From Dendrobates tinctorius (Eukaryota): a stretch of DNA of 64,000 bases. The stretch covers positions 6,324,001 through 6,388,000 of the forward strand of contig NW_027361891.1 in NCBI RefSeq assembly GCF_039654945.1. Direction: 5' to 3'. Made by a program: the position numbers and the translations under genes. Below are positions 10,370-22,682 of this stretch, piece by piece. The stretch's first letter is position 1, and every line of letters begins with the position of its first letter. The notes beneath the pieces were generated by a model. It was given only the letters and a program-made list of their open reading frames with translations. It was not told where the DNA came from and did no database searches.

Positions 10370-12044
10370 TGGTCTCTGGAATCTCTCCAGTGGGTGCTGT
10401 CGTGGCGAAGAGTAAAAAGCCGGATTACTTACCGGTAATGCTCTTTTAATGAGTCCACGACAGCACCCGTTCACTTCCCCCCCCCCCCTAAGGATATCAA
10501 TAGTTAAAGTATATTAACCAAATAATGGATAAGAAAGATGTTAAAATAAGAGAACATTGCCTAATCCTTGGCGGTCCTTCTGGTACTCAAACGAAAAACT
10601 GAGGAGGAAAGGTGGACCGCCCCTTTTATCTTTCCTGTAGGGTTTCCTGTTCCAAATGGGCGGATCCGATACTGTCGTGGACTCATTAAAAGAGCATTAC
10701 CGGTAAGTAATCCGGCTTTTTTTTACCTGAGTAATTTATCCGTGGTAAATTTGGTGGTGGTTATGCATTTTTGAAGTACTAAAACCTAACCTTAGGGTAT
10801 GGGAGGTATAATTTTGGACTAAATTGTCTGATAATTATCTTTATTTGTAAACAGGTTGCCGATCACCCAATAACTAGCAAACACTTGTTCATTAGGTGTG
10901 ACGATCTTTTGCAATGCTCAAAAAATCATCTGTCATAAGGATTACCCACAACTCTCCTGTCACCCCCCCCCCCCCCAGTCCCCCAAACACACACAATGTT
11001 CATGCCTTCTGTTTGACTACTTTTTTTTGCCTTAAATCACACAGCCCAGAGGCTGACCTCCAAACCTAAGGGGCTGCTTGGCAGGGAATAGAGCTGGAGT
11101 GACAGAGGCTTTAGATCTACAAACGGCTGTTCACCCTCATTTGCATATTAACATTGCTGATTTCTCAGTACCATAATAATGGACTTGTCATGTAAAGGTA
11201 TTGTCGGATTTATCTTTGAAAGAGCTACAATGTTTTTAAAAAGTATTTATACCATGTGGCGAACTGGAGAACTTTTCCACATTATTTCATGCTACACCCA
11301 CAAACTTTAATGTGTTGTTTTTTTTGGGGGGGGTGGTATTCCAACACCTATTAGCTAATATTTATGAAATGTAAAGGAAATGATAGATGGTTCTAGAAAT
11401 ATTTTGAAAGTGTAAATATGAAAATTGTGACGTGCATATGTATTCAGCCCCCTCTTTCCCACACACACACACACACTGAGTAAATACTTTTTAGAAGTCC
11501 TTTCTCTTCAATTACTGCTGCAGCTCTTTTGGGGTATGTCTCTGCCAGTTTTGCTCATGTAGAGGATGACGTTGTCGCCCATTCTTTGCAAACTAGCTCT
11601 ATCTCAGTGAAATTGGACGATGAGCATCTGAACAGCAGTTATCAAGTCTTGCCACAGATTGTCATTGGGATTTAGGTCTGGAATGTGACTGGGCCATTGA
11701 AACACATGAATATGCTTTGATCTAAACCCTTTCGTTGTACAGCTCGGGCAGTATTTTTAGGATTATTGTCCTGCTGGAAGGTAAATTTACACCCAAGTCT
11801 CCAGACTTTGACAGCCTCTAACAGGTTTTCCTCCATGATTGCCATGTATTTCGCGTTATCCATCTTCTCATCAACTCTGACCAACTTCCCTGGCCCTGCT
11901 GAAGAAAAGCCTCCCCACAGCATGATTCTGCCATCACCATGTTTTACTCTGGGGTTGGTGTTTTCAGGCTGATGTTTTCTGCCAAACATAGTGTTTACAT
12001 TGCGTTTGCGGTTTTCTTCCACATGCTAGCTTTGTCCCCTACAT

Positions 12045-13590
12045 AAAAATAACGTAACAAATTATTAACTTTGATTAATTATCTAGCAGCTCATATACAA
12101 AAAATTAATCCTTAAAAGATACTTTATTATTTAATCATTAAAAAAAAATTTGAGAAACTTTTAGACAAACAGAAAATCCTGATCCTGTCTTACCAAGCCA
12201 GCCACAAATAAAGAGTACAGCGCCAGGTGGGGGATAACAACCTGTTTATCCCTATAGGGCCCTTTAGCTGACCCCTACCTGACAGCGGAGGTTGGCACCC
12301 TCTTGAAACGCAAATGGCGCCCCCGCTCCTCGGTGGCTCTCCCTAATCGCCCTGTTGACTCCTATATAAGAGACATCAAACTGGAGAACAACAGATGACC
12401 GGGTACAAACATTTTACAATCACCAATAATAGGTATCCCGTGCCACAAACCACCACAAACAAAAAATTGTGACAAAATAGTAGCTGGATAAAACATTACT
12501 TATTGGCACATATATAGAAAGGACAGATAGCTAAAAATCCCTATTTAATAATTTCCCTGCCTAACAGCGGAGCTTTTTCACCCTTCGTTGCTCTGGTGCC
12601 CCCGCTCCACGTAGGCTGACCCCTACACTACTCACCTGTACCAAGGGAGGGAGGTAATCAGAACATAGCAGGGCTTAAATAAAGGTGATATATACCTAGG
12701 AATTATTCTCACAAAAAATCCTCCCAAAACTAAATAATAATAATGTAAATGTAGACCAATACAAAGAATAGGGTTATAGTGAAAAAAGAAGGCAAATGCA
12801 AAAAAAAGAGGAATTGGACCCTTATCAATGACCAGAGTACACAATTGGTGACATCCTTTTAGGAAGCAATATTAATCATTTCTTAAGTCACCAACAGTTA
12901 CTATTGCCTCCATTTCCACAGCAATAATCACATACTTCATATTGCATCATGCCCAAAAATAAGCCGTCAATCACTCAGCTTATATTGCACTATACCCTAA
13001 ATAATCAGCAAAAATATAAATTCATAAAAACTTAGCTCATGGCTGATGAGATTTCGCCTCGACACGTTTCCCTCCTGTAAAAGGAGTTTATCAGGAGGCC
13101 CATGATATATTATATGCTCCCTCCGAGCATTTAGATGTCATGCCTGGTTGCAGCTATCAATGGGAGTGTAGTAATCAACGGTAATTTATAGTGACCCCGC
13201 AACTTGATCAAAATGGTAGGGGAAAGGGGTCATAATACTACCGTGCCATGTATGTCTCCATCATCCATATTGCGCTTGCGCTATGTTTTCAAGCCCTAGA
13301 GGTACCTCTTTTCTATTTCCTGTCCAGCGCCGCCATTAGTCTGTGGAACATCCACCATTGCGTTGGCGCTAAGGCGCGTCCCCCATGCACTAATGCGCAT
13401 GCCCCTACTGACGTCACGACTCCTCACCATTTCTCGCGCGTCTGGCATCCGAACCACGGATGCACCGCGCACATCCGGGTCCCCCTCTCTTCCATAGCGC
13501 GCTGTGTCCTCTACATTACTTTTTTAATACTGCAAACTGGACTCCTCCGTTGTGATTATGGGCCTCTTGGCTGCTTCTCTAATTAGTGCT
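12045..13590 (-). mobile_element. Penelope-like non-coding fragment carrying a minimal hammerhead ribozyme
   Basis: Interrupts the Tc1 relic. Contains a type-I minimal hammerhead at 13056-13099 and a duplicated hairpin. Boundaries are approximate. Confidence 0.55.
13056..13099 (-). ncRNA. Minimal type-I hammerhead ribozyme (core G8->A, probably inactive)
   Basis: Minus strand reads GCCTC-CTGATAA-A-CTCCT-TTTAC-AGGAG-G-GAAA-CGTGTC-GAGGC, with stem I GCCTC/GAGGC and stem II CTCCT/AGGAG. Confidence 0.75.
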
Positions 13591-13729
13591 CTCCTTTCTT
13601 AGGATGTAAGTTTACGTGGATGGCCATGTCTTGGTAGGTTTGCAGTTGTGCCATACTCCTCCCATTTTTGGATGTGAGATTTTCAGAGCTTGGGCTATTT
13701 TTTTTTTTTTGTTTATAACTAAACCCTGC

Positions 13730-14328
13730 TGTCGCGAATCATTAAGGGACTCTGGGTCTCTTGAAATCTAAATGTCTTTTCCTTTTGGTCCAGCAAGAGT
13801 TAATGTCAGTCTCTTGCTGGCTTTTCTTCTAGGCTGGTCAGCTGATGTTGTTTGGTAACCACTCCAACCTCCCTTTAAATAGTCACATGACCCATCAGCT
13901 GGTCATCGGTTACAGTTTTTGTTCTATGCAGATCAGCTTGGAGTGTGGAGCTCGCGTGTGACGGTGGTGTTGCTGTTATGGGAGTTCTGCTATCCTGCTG
14001 CCGTTTTCTCGGCTGATTTGGAGCTTGGCAGTAGAGCCGGAGATGGATATTTCAATTTTTGTCTCTCGTGTTTCTCTTTCCCTGTGTATTACCTAGCGTC
14101 CTTGCTGGCCAGTGCACTAACCAGGATACGTTGCGGTGACAGTCAGGGACTAGGCACGTGACGGCGGTGGGGGAGAAGTACCCGCCTAGGGCATTAGGGA
14201 AGCTTAGGGACAGACACAGGTTGGTGTCAGGATGTGTCCCTACTGTTCTTGCCTTCCTCTCCCTTTTCCATCCCGTCTTATTTATATGCTGTGTCGTCCG
14301 CTGGACTTGCCTATATTCAAGTGTGACA
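13730..14328. mobile_element. Solo LTR (Gypsy-like)
   Basis: TGTCGCG...TGTGACA termini and a 5-bp TSD CCTGC (13725-13729 / 14329-14333). Confidence 0.85.
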
Positions 14329-15061
14329 CCTGCTTTACTCTTCTCCACAACTTTATCCCTGACCTGTCTGGTGTGTTCCTTTTTTCATGATGCTGTTTGA
14401 GCCCTAATATTATCCAATAAACCTCTGAGGCCTTCACAGAACAGCTGTAGTTATACTGAAAATAAATTACTCACAAGTGGACTCATTTTACTAATTATGT
14501 GACTTTATTTAGAGGTGTCAGAATACAGGGTGCTGAATACAAAAGGACGTCACAAATTTCAGATTTATATTTTTTTAAATATTTATAAAACTGTGTATAA
14601 TTTCCTCTACACTTCACAATACTTGCTACTTTGTGTTGGTAGATCATATAAAATCTCACAAAAATACATTTACTGATGTGAAAGTTCACAGGGTATGAAT
14701 ACTTTTTTCAAGGCACTTTGCGTGCACATATAAATAGTTCGGGTGTGAAATTTTCTGACTGATTCCCTTTATCGTTTTCTGATGATATCTCCCCTTTATG
14801 GAATTTTTGTCCTAGTAGGACAGCCCTTTTTAATGCCTTGGAAATTTGAAGAAAAAAACAATGGTGACAAGGTGTCAGCAGTATCCGACTGTGTATGAAC
14901 AGATATGTAAAGTAAACAACATTATCATTTTACCTGGTTGAGCTATGCAAGCAATGTGAGAGCAAGGTTCACATCAATGCAGACATATTTTCTGAGATGG
15001 TTAACATAATTTTTCCCTTTTTAAAGAAAAAAAACTTAACACCTGAAATTGTGTATTTCAG

Positions 15062-16660
15062 ATTGGAGGCAATAAGCACACGATGAATGAACATCTGCAC
15101 ATTAGCAGCCATGGACAGATCCAGGTTCAGCAGCTGTTTGAAGACAATAGCAACAAAAGAACGGTCCTGACAACACAACCCAACGGGCTCACAGCTGTTA
15201 GTAAAACTGGATTGCCTGTTTCCGATAGACAACTCGAAAGCACACACCGTAGACAAGGAAGTTCTAGCTCTTTGAAATCCTCAGATGGGACAACCAAAGT
15301 AAAGTCCTCTTCATTAACCCCAGAACAAGCAATGAAGCAATACATGCAAAAACTGACCGCTTTTGAGCACCATGAAATTTTCAACTATCCTGAAATTTAT
15401 TTTTTGGGTCCAAATGCAAAGAAGCGTCAAGGTGTGATTGGTGGTTCAAATAATGGTGGTTACGATGATGTCCAGGGTTCGTATGTGCAAGTGCCACATG
15501 ATCATGTCGCTTACCGCTACGAGGTTCTTAAGGTAATTGGCAAAGGAAGCTTTGGGCAAGTTGTGAAGGCTTATGATCACAAACTCCATCAGCACGTGGC
15601 CTTAAAAATGGTAAGGAATGAGAAACGTTTCCATCGTCAAGCCGCAGAAGAAATACGGATCTTGGAGCATCTAAAGAAGCAGGATAAAGACAACAACATG
15701 AACGTCATCCACATGTTGGAGAACTTTACATTCCGCAATCATATCTGCATGACATTCGAGCTGCTGAGCATGAATCTCTATGAGCTCATAAAGAAAAACA
15801 AATTTCAAGGCTTCAGCCTGCCTTTAGTCCGCAAGTTTGCGCACTCCATCTTACAGTGCTTGGATGCTTTGCACAAAAATCGAATAATCCACTGTGACCT
15901 TAAACCGGAAAATATTTTATTGAAACAACAGGGTAGAAGTGGCATCAAAGTGATCGATTTTGGCTCCAGCTGTTATGAGCATCAGCGTGTGTACACATAC
16001 ATACAGTCCCGCTTTTATCGAGCTCCAGAGGTAATACTTGGCGGTCGCTATGGCATGCCTATTGACATGTGGAGCTTGGGCTGCATTCTAGCAGAATTGT
16101 TGACTGGTTATCCACTTTTACCTGGTGAAGATGAAGGAGATCAGTTGGCATGTATGATTGAATTACTGGGGATGCCATCTCAAAAATTGCTTGATTCTTC
16201 AAAACGAGGCAAGAATTTTGTCAGCTCCAAAGGTTACCCTCGTTATTGCACTGTCACAACTCTGCCAGATGGGTCTGTGGTTCTTAACGGCAGCCGTTCT
16301 CGAAGAGGAAAACTACGAGGCCCTCCTGGGAGTAGGGACTGGGTAACTGCTTTGAAAGGCTGTGATGATCCCTTGTTTCTTGATTTTCTAGCACAGTGTT
16401 TAGAATGGGATCCTGCTTTGCGCATGACGCCCAGCCAGGCGTTACGACACCATTGGCTACGTAGACGCTTGCCAAAGCCTCCAACTGGAGAAAAGGCCTC
16501 TTCCAAAAGAATAACTGAAAGCTCTGGTGCTATAACATCCATTTCTAAGTTACCTCCCACATCAGGCTCAGCTGCAAAACTAAGAACTAATTTGGCCCAA
16601 ATGACCGATGCCAATGGAAATATTCAGCAGAGGACTGTGTTGCCAAAGCTTGTTAGCTGA
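15062..16660 (+). CDS. DYRK2: DYRK2 terminal coding exon: dual-specificity tyrosine-phosphorylation-regulated kinase 2 (NAPA, DH box, kinase domain)
   Basis: TTTCAG acceptor, then [13 protein letters not shown]. Motifs [36 protein letters not shown]. The C-terminus [18 protein letters not shown] matches DYRK2. Confidence 0.97.
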   Translation: MGGNKHTMNEHLHISSHGQIQVQQLFEDNSNKRTVLTTQPNGLTAVSKTGLPVSDRQLESTHRRQGSSSSLKSSDGTTKVKSSSLTPEQAMKQYMQKLTAFEHHEIFNYPEIYFLGPNAKKRQGVIGGSNNGGYDDVQGSYVQVPHDHVAYRYEVLKVIGKGSFGQVVKAYDHKLHQHVALKMVRNEKRFHRQAAEEIRILEHLKKQDKDNNMNVIHMLENFTFRNHICMTFELLSMNLYELIKKNKFQGFSLPLVRKFAHSILQCLDALHKNRIIHCDLKPENILLKQQGRSGIKVIDFGSSCYEHQRVYTYIQSRFYRAPEVILGGRYGMPIDMWSLGCILAELLTGYPLLPGEDEGDQLACMIELLGMPSQKLLDSSKRGKNFVSSKGYPRYCTVTTLPDGSVVLNGSRSRRGKLRGPPGSRDWVTALKGCDDPLFLDFLAQCLEWDPALRMTPSQALRHHWLRRRLPKPPTGEKASSKRITESSGAITSISKLPPTSGSAAKLRTNLAQMTDANGNIQQRTVLPKLVS

Positions 16661-16782
16661 TCTAATGAACAACTCAAACACCTTGTTGAGCCTTATGCTT
16701 ACAGCTCACATTTTAGAATATTTTTAATTGCTCTGTTTGCAATTTTGTATTTAAACATTGGGGACGATGCTTTAAGGTTTTA

Positions 16783-16818
<36 letters not shown>

Positions 16819-19800
16819 TATATCGTTTATAATTGGCTTTGTGTCAAAATCAGTGGCTGGCCACTGACGTGGTGACTGTTAAACATAACTTATTGTTTTC
16901 AGATGGTTTTACTAGCATTGATGCATTTTTAAAGGACTGTCGTACTACAACAATCTAGCCCTGTATTATTTTCCCTACTTTGTACAGACGCACACTATGG
17001 TATGCATATGCAGCGCACATTTGGAGAGAAAAGTTCCCTTGTGGAGTATGCATTTTGCATATTTTTTCATGTCTTTTAATGAACTCTGATGGACAAGGTT
17101 TTTAAGCAAGCAAACCGATATGAGGGAAAGTGAACCTTTTATTATTTTTAGGTACTTGGGGATTGTCAGGTATACACTAACTTTTTTTATGTGCCCAATC
17201 AACCCCACTGATTGTTCAGACCACAAAAAAAAATTGATCACAAGCAATCCGCTATGTTATGCGTAGTGCAGAGCATCATGGGGTGGGGTATGACACTGGG
17301 ACCACTAAAGAGAGAATCCCTGCACAAGGCACAAAAAAGAAAGAGAATGACAGTATAGTAGTTAAACAATTGGAAAGTAGAAAAATGTAAGTTCATATAC
17401 AAGTTTCTGAAGTGGAAAAGGAGTAAGAAAAGGGGATCTGCCAGGCTCCTTGTCTTCTCATGAGATGGTAATTGTAAAGGGCTCTTAACTCAGATGTCCT
17501 TTAATAAACATTGAGCTGGTATTTCGCAAATACTATTTCCTTCCTCAGGAGAGAATCTGTTATGTACCACCCCCATTTAGGACCTGGACTAGTCGTGGTA
17601 AAGTATACAGAATATACAAGTAGGAGTTACTTTAGGTTATGGATGGCTATGGATTTCAGTACCTCATAGTACTTAAGGTGCCCAAACGCCTTACGTTTTT
17701 AGCCAACTGCTTTCTCCTCCACATGAATGCTTAGCTGGGCCGAGTGTTCATGTGTCCTCTAGGGAGAGCAGAGCAAGCTGCTGTAAATTTGCATTGGTAG
17801 AGAACAAAATAGTCGGGTACTTAAATTCAAAGTGCCCAACCCTTACCTCACCTGACATTACCTGGGGAGGGGCAGGCAGACCCAAGTGCATACTGGACAG
17901 TTGGCTGAAATTGTTGGCTTTGGACAACTGTAATCTAGTATGTATGGGGCCTTTAGTTGAGGCGTTAAAGATTTACACCATGACTTCCTTTTTCAGCATG
18001 GGTGCTCCAGGTAGTCTGACCTGTCAGAATTTGCTGGTCGGGGAAGACTCTCTGACATGGATTGCACAATTCAAAGTTGGATATCTGCCCAATATGGTCT
18101 TTCCTTGCTTTTATGACTGTCAGAACACCATTTAATCCCAGAAGCAATGAGCTTGAATTTAATCACATTAATAATTTAAAATAAACCTTTAAAAAAAAAA
18201 AATCTATAAATCCCTCTAATATTTCCAGCATAGCCCAATATACCCAAATGGTAAAAGACTGAAAAGACTGATCCTTTGAAGGAATGACTGTTAACCCTTT
18301 CATTACTCCGCAAGCCTGCAGCTGTGTGCTTCTAGTTGCACTTAAAGCATGGTCCCCCAATACCACTAAATCTGATGGTGGTCCATTTTCTTAAACTTTT
18401 GATAAAGGCTCAGTTCCGTCAGCACTGACATGAGGCAACTTGTGAGTGTTTAACACTTTATTTTACAGTGTTAGTCATCTTTTCGCAGGTAAACTGTGTT
18501 GATCCCTAACCTGAGTTAATATTCTTTAATATGAAGAATTCCTAGCCGTCTGCTCTAATTATAGGAATGTATTTATTATAGAAGGCTATTTCTATATAGT
18601 TATCAGACTAAATATTCACACTGGTAATTTGCACATTGTGTTTAGTGAAAAAACGCTGACTGTCACTGACAGGGCCAGCAGAATACTGACTATATATTCT
18701 AAACTCTTAATTTAATGATGAGCCCATTAATATGTTGTATGTTTCCTGCGCCCGCTGGGCATTGAATGCACTTATTTTGTCATCTATTTTGTGTCTGTAG
18801 CTTAGAGTACCAGGACGGTTTTTTTTTGTTTTGTTTTTTTAAAGAGTTGTGTAATATTGGAAAAGCATGGGTGCCTTCTCTCAGAAGCAACGCCACTCTT
18901 GCCCATGGGCAATGTATGGTAATGCAGCTCTGCCCCATTCAAGTAGATGGATAAGAGCTGCTGTGCCAGTCCTAGCCTGAGGACTTCAGTGGTGCTATTT
19001 CCCGTTTTTTTCCTATCTAATTGGAACACTTCTATTTTTACTTTTGAACTTAACAGCCATGCAATGTCTCAGTTTATAGCTGTTCTCTTCTCTGAAGCCT
19101 TTTGTGGTGTAAAGCGGAAAACACTAAACATGTTATGTGCAAGTTTGTCATTACTTTCTTAAGGGCTGAGCTGCTATAAGTTGTCCTGGAAACAATATTG
19201 CGTCTCGCGGGTTCCCATTGTCGAGGGACGCCTTGACTGTTCGTGATGGCACAATACGTTGCTGTTTCTTTGGTTGCAGTCTTGTTTAGCTCGGTTTTAT
19301 GAACCCTCTGGGGCTTATTGAACACATAAGTATGTTCATAACTAAAGTACAGCAACAGAAGGAGTTAACTTTACCAGATATAAATTGTGCCCTTTGTGAA
19401 CCACGTGCCTTTCTGACATTGATGCCATGCTGGGCATGTTTTGGCCTCCTTTTACTCCTCACGGTATAGGCATTTTATTACAGATTGTTCGGACTTGTCT
19501 TAATATCACCATCTTACTTCGAGGCCTTACAAGGAACGATAAGAGTAGTATTGTTTTCTTCTCGCTGACCAGACTGCTGGAAATGACTTCCACGCTATTG
19601 AAGGGTTGAGGAAGCTCTTGAGTCAATCGCCAGGTACAATCCATGATTTATTGGTTCCCTATGTTTGGACACCGATCCTTCGTTTTGTACAATGTTTTGT
19701 TACGCTACACTTGGTAGGAAATCTTTCCTTTTCATTTTTTTTTTTTTTGGAAGAAATACCTCAAACTTTTTCAGTTTTTGTAGTGTGTTCTATCCCAGGG

Positions 19801-20133
19801 CATTTGGTAAGAACCAAAGTGCATTCCTTTTCTAATAACCTGGCCTCGTGAACAGAGCCGGGGACTTTTACTAGGTGCGAGGCATTTGACCTCTCTTCGT
19901 GTCTGACCTTGGAGTGCATATGCTCTTACGTTGGGCTCTACTGTAATCCAGGAGACAGTCAGTAAGTCTCGTACCCTTATTAGAAGGGTTTCCAGCAGAT
20001 TCCTGCTTTTCTCCAGATTACAGTGTAGCCCAGTGATCATTTCTATCATTAACATGACATTGTGAGTGATCTTTTATTGAAGGTTTTTATTTTTGTTTTT
20101 TTTCTTAACATCTTGGCAGATATCTTCTTCTAA

Positions 20134-20524
20134 GGGCCCTTTTACATTTAGCGATGCACCAGCGATCCGACCCGGTCAGGATAGCTGGTGCATCGCTAAA
20201 TGATCGCTAGTGAGCTTTCATACAGAAAGATCTCACAGCGATGCAGCAGCGACGCAGCGCACGATACTTACCATTCACACCCAGCGATCGTGCGTCCTCC
20301 GGCCCGCCTCCACGCGTCGCTGGACGTCACAGCAGGAAGTTTCAGCAGGAAGCGCCCGACGAGAAATGGAGCCGGACATTCTTGCGCGATCAGCGATCAG
20401 TGGGGGAGCCGGTCGTTGGTAAGTATCACACATAGCGATATCGCTAGCAATATCGCTATAACGTCACAAAACCGGTGACATTTTAGCGATATTGCTAGCG
20501 ATATCGCTTAGTGTAAAACCCCCT
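20134..20524. mobile_element. Harbinger-type MITE in the putative DYRK2 3' UTR
   Basis: TTTTACATTTAGCGAT / ATCGCTTAGTGTAAAA inverted ends, TAA flanks and AGCGAT subterminal repeats. Confidence 0.7.
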
Positions 20525-20993
20525 TAAGACTTCTATGTGAATTCTCACAGTAGCTTAGGTCTGTGGTTATTAATCCGAGTCCTCCAGCATCCTAAATAGA
20601 GAATGTTGAATGCCACATGAGGGATCGAATACACGAGCCCTGCTCCTTACAAGGTCTTCAAAGCATTCTCGCTTTTGGGATTGACTGTAATAACCACGGC
20701 CTTAGGCTTTCGCTTTGCTTCTTCAGCAACATCTTAGCCATGTGACTGTAATATGCTGCAATTGTGTGTTCTGATAATATGTGAAACCCTTGGATTGAAT
20801 GTGGACTAGTGTATATTTTGTGTACATTTTCTGTGCGATGCTGCTGGCTCCACTTTTTACATTGGAGATGTTCTAGTGGACTCGAATCAGTGGCCAGTTT
20901 TCTAATACTTGTATGTATTGTACAGCAGATGAAAGTATGACTTTCCAGTGAATATTTGTTAAAATTTATTGTCGTGGCCAGAGATCATTTCAG

Positions 20994-20999
20994 AATAAA
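20994..20999 (+). terminator. Candidate DYRK2 polyadenylation signal
   Basis: AATAAA followed by a U/GU-rich stretch, at the end of a largely unique UTR-like block. An alternative AATAAA lies at ~17503. Confidence 0.4.
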
Positions 21000-21549
21000 A
21001 CGTATGTCCCTTTTGCCTTTATTTGCCTGTTTTATAAATTGGGCTGCGAGTTTTTGCTTCTATGAAGATTCAGGAAAGCTCATCATTCATGTTTTGCCAT
21101 ATGAATGGTTGACATTGTCTGTAAAGGCTTTCACATGATAAAGATATTCATGGCTTACAGATTAGACATGCCATAAATGTCCAGTGCCTACAATCCTGAA
21201 AATCGGGATGTCTGGTTCCTCTCTCTCAGGATTCAGCTCACATTATTTCATAAATGTTCATCTAGGGTAAAATTGGTTTTCATTTTCAGAATACAAAATT
21301 CCAACTTCATGCTGACTTCATGTAGTACAGATGTCATTTAATCATGCAGTCAATGGGTAGACACAGTCAAAAAGGTAACATTTCTCAAAATATGGCAAAT
21401 TGTGCGTATGAGAACTGTACTCATGGCCTCTGTTTTCAGAAAGAGTAAGTTTTATCCTTTGGTTCCATGGGTAATACATTACCACTAAAGTGTCAGCTTT
21501 CTATAATGCACCAGAGGGAGAAATTGGGGTGTGCTGTTCTTGTTGGTAA

Positions 21550-21959
21550 GGCCTCTTTCACACTTCAGTTTTTTACAATCAGTCACAATCCGCCAGGTTT
21601 TGAAAAAAACGGATCCGCAATTTTCTTTTGAGTATCCGTTTTTTTTCCCCATTGACTTCCATTATTGGCGGATTGTGACTGATTGCATCCGGTTTTTTTT
21701 TGCGGATCCGCCAAAAATTCCTGTCCGTCACCATCCTCAAAGATTTCAAAACGGAGCTTGCAACGTTTACCCGAAATTCTTTCTGGGTGCCAGACAAAAA
21801 AAAAATTCTCTCCCTCGATTCCTTTAAAATTCTTCATTTGTCGGATCTGTCAAAAAAACGGACGGGTGCCATCCGTTGGCATCAGTACTAAAACGGATCC
21901 GCCATCCGTCCTTTTGGCGGATCTTGACTGATGCAAAAAACTGAAGTGTGAAAGAGGCC
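21550..21959. mobile_element. Harbinger-type MITE
   Basis: Perfect TIR GGCCTCTTTCACACTTCAGTTTTTT and TAA TSD. Confidence 0.9.
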
Positions 21960-21965
21960 TAAGGA

Positions 21966-22171
21966 GTTCACAAGATTCACGTGAATAGAAGTATATTCTG
22001 GTTTATTTACAACATGTTTTTAGGTTGAGCAGATGTCTTCCTCAGGGGAACCACAATACAGATCTAAATTGTGGTTCCCCTGAGGAAAAGGTCTGTTCGA
22101 CTCGTAAAACTTGTTGGAAATCCTACTAGAATCTATTTCTATTCATATGAATCCGGTGAACTCCATACAGC
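21966..22171. mobile_element. Short palindromic Penelope-derived element with a decayed hammerhead in each arm
   Basis: Arms are centred on ~22062 (TCCTCAGGGGAACCACAA / TTGTGGTTCCCCTGAGGA). Each arm reads CCCTGAGGA...AAAC..GTTG. Confidence 0.6.
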
Positions 22172-22389
22172 CAGTGCTGTACACTCGCATTACTCACTTT
22201 GTGATATATTGACGTTGTTCTATCCAACCAGCGGAGCAGCAGAAGCTGGAGTATTATCTAAGGCTCCTCGATTGCTGTGGTTTCACAGCGTACCAAGGTG
22301 AGCGCAATAACACCACCTTCTATGTCGTTAATTCCCTATGTCCCTAGTCAATTAGCTTCATATAACGGGGTGCACAAAAGATATATTAA

Positions 22390-22682
22390 AGAGGTTGTCA
22401 TCTACTAGGACAGTCCCTTCTCATTCCCCATTCTTTGCCCCCCACAAAATAAAAAAGGCCTATACTCCCCTCCCGTGTTGGCGTTGTTCCTGCGGTACTA
22501 GGCCTCTTCCGTGGTTGCATGACACATGAAGAGGGAAGCCGGGCTGCAGCTGATGCCGGCTCTGATTGCAACTGAGCCAGCATGGGAGGTGAGTATAAGC
22601 TTTTTTTTTTTTTTTTTTTTTAATCTTACCGGAGCCAAGCATGGGGAATAAGAAAGGGTTGTCTTGGTAGTGGACAAGCCCT
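22390..22682. mobile_element. T2/Kolobok-type MITE
   Basis: AGAGGTTGTC / GACAAGCCCT ends and TTAA TSD. Confidence 0.8.

Larger units (their letters stand above)
5427..10719 (+). mobile_element. Full-length DIRS1-type tyrosine-recombinase retrotransposon
   Basis: Inverted termini (5461-5537 vs 10595-10672). An internal complementary region at 10385-10463 matches both the left end (TTTTTACTCTTCGCCACGACAGCACCCACTGGAG) and the right extension (10673-10716). TTT ends, no TSD, three overlapping open ORFs. Confidence 0.95.
11240..14716 (-). mobile_element. Degenerate Tc1/mariner transposon interrupted by a Penelope-like fragment and a solo LTR
   Basis: Minus-strand ORF 11672-12022 has Tc1 motifs (VKHGDGRIMLWG, FQQDNNPK). 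The terminal regions are imperfectly inverted. Boundaries are approximate. Confidence 0.7.

Noticed and set aside
12559-12616. Twister ribozyme (GCC-UAA-CAG start)
   Set aside because: It lacks the P4 loop and pseudoknot partners of the twister consensus; kept only as an unassigned hairpin.
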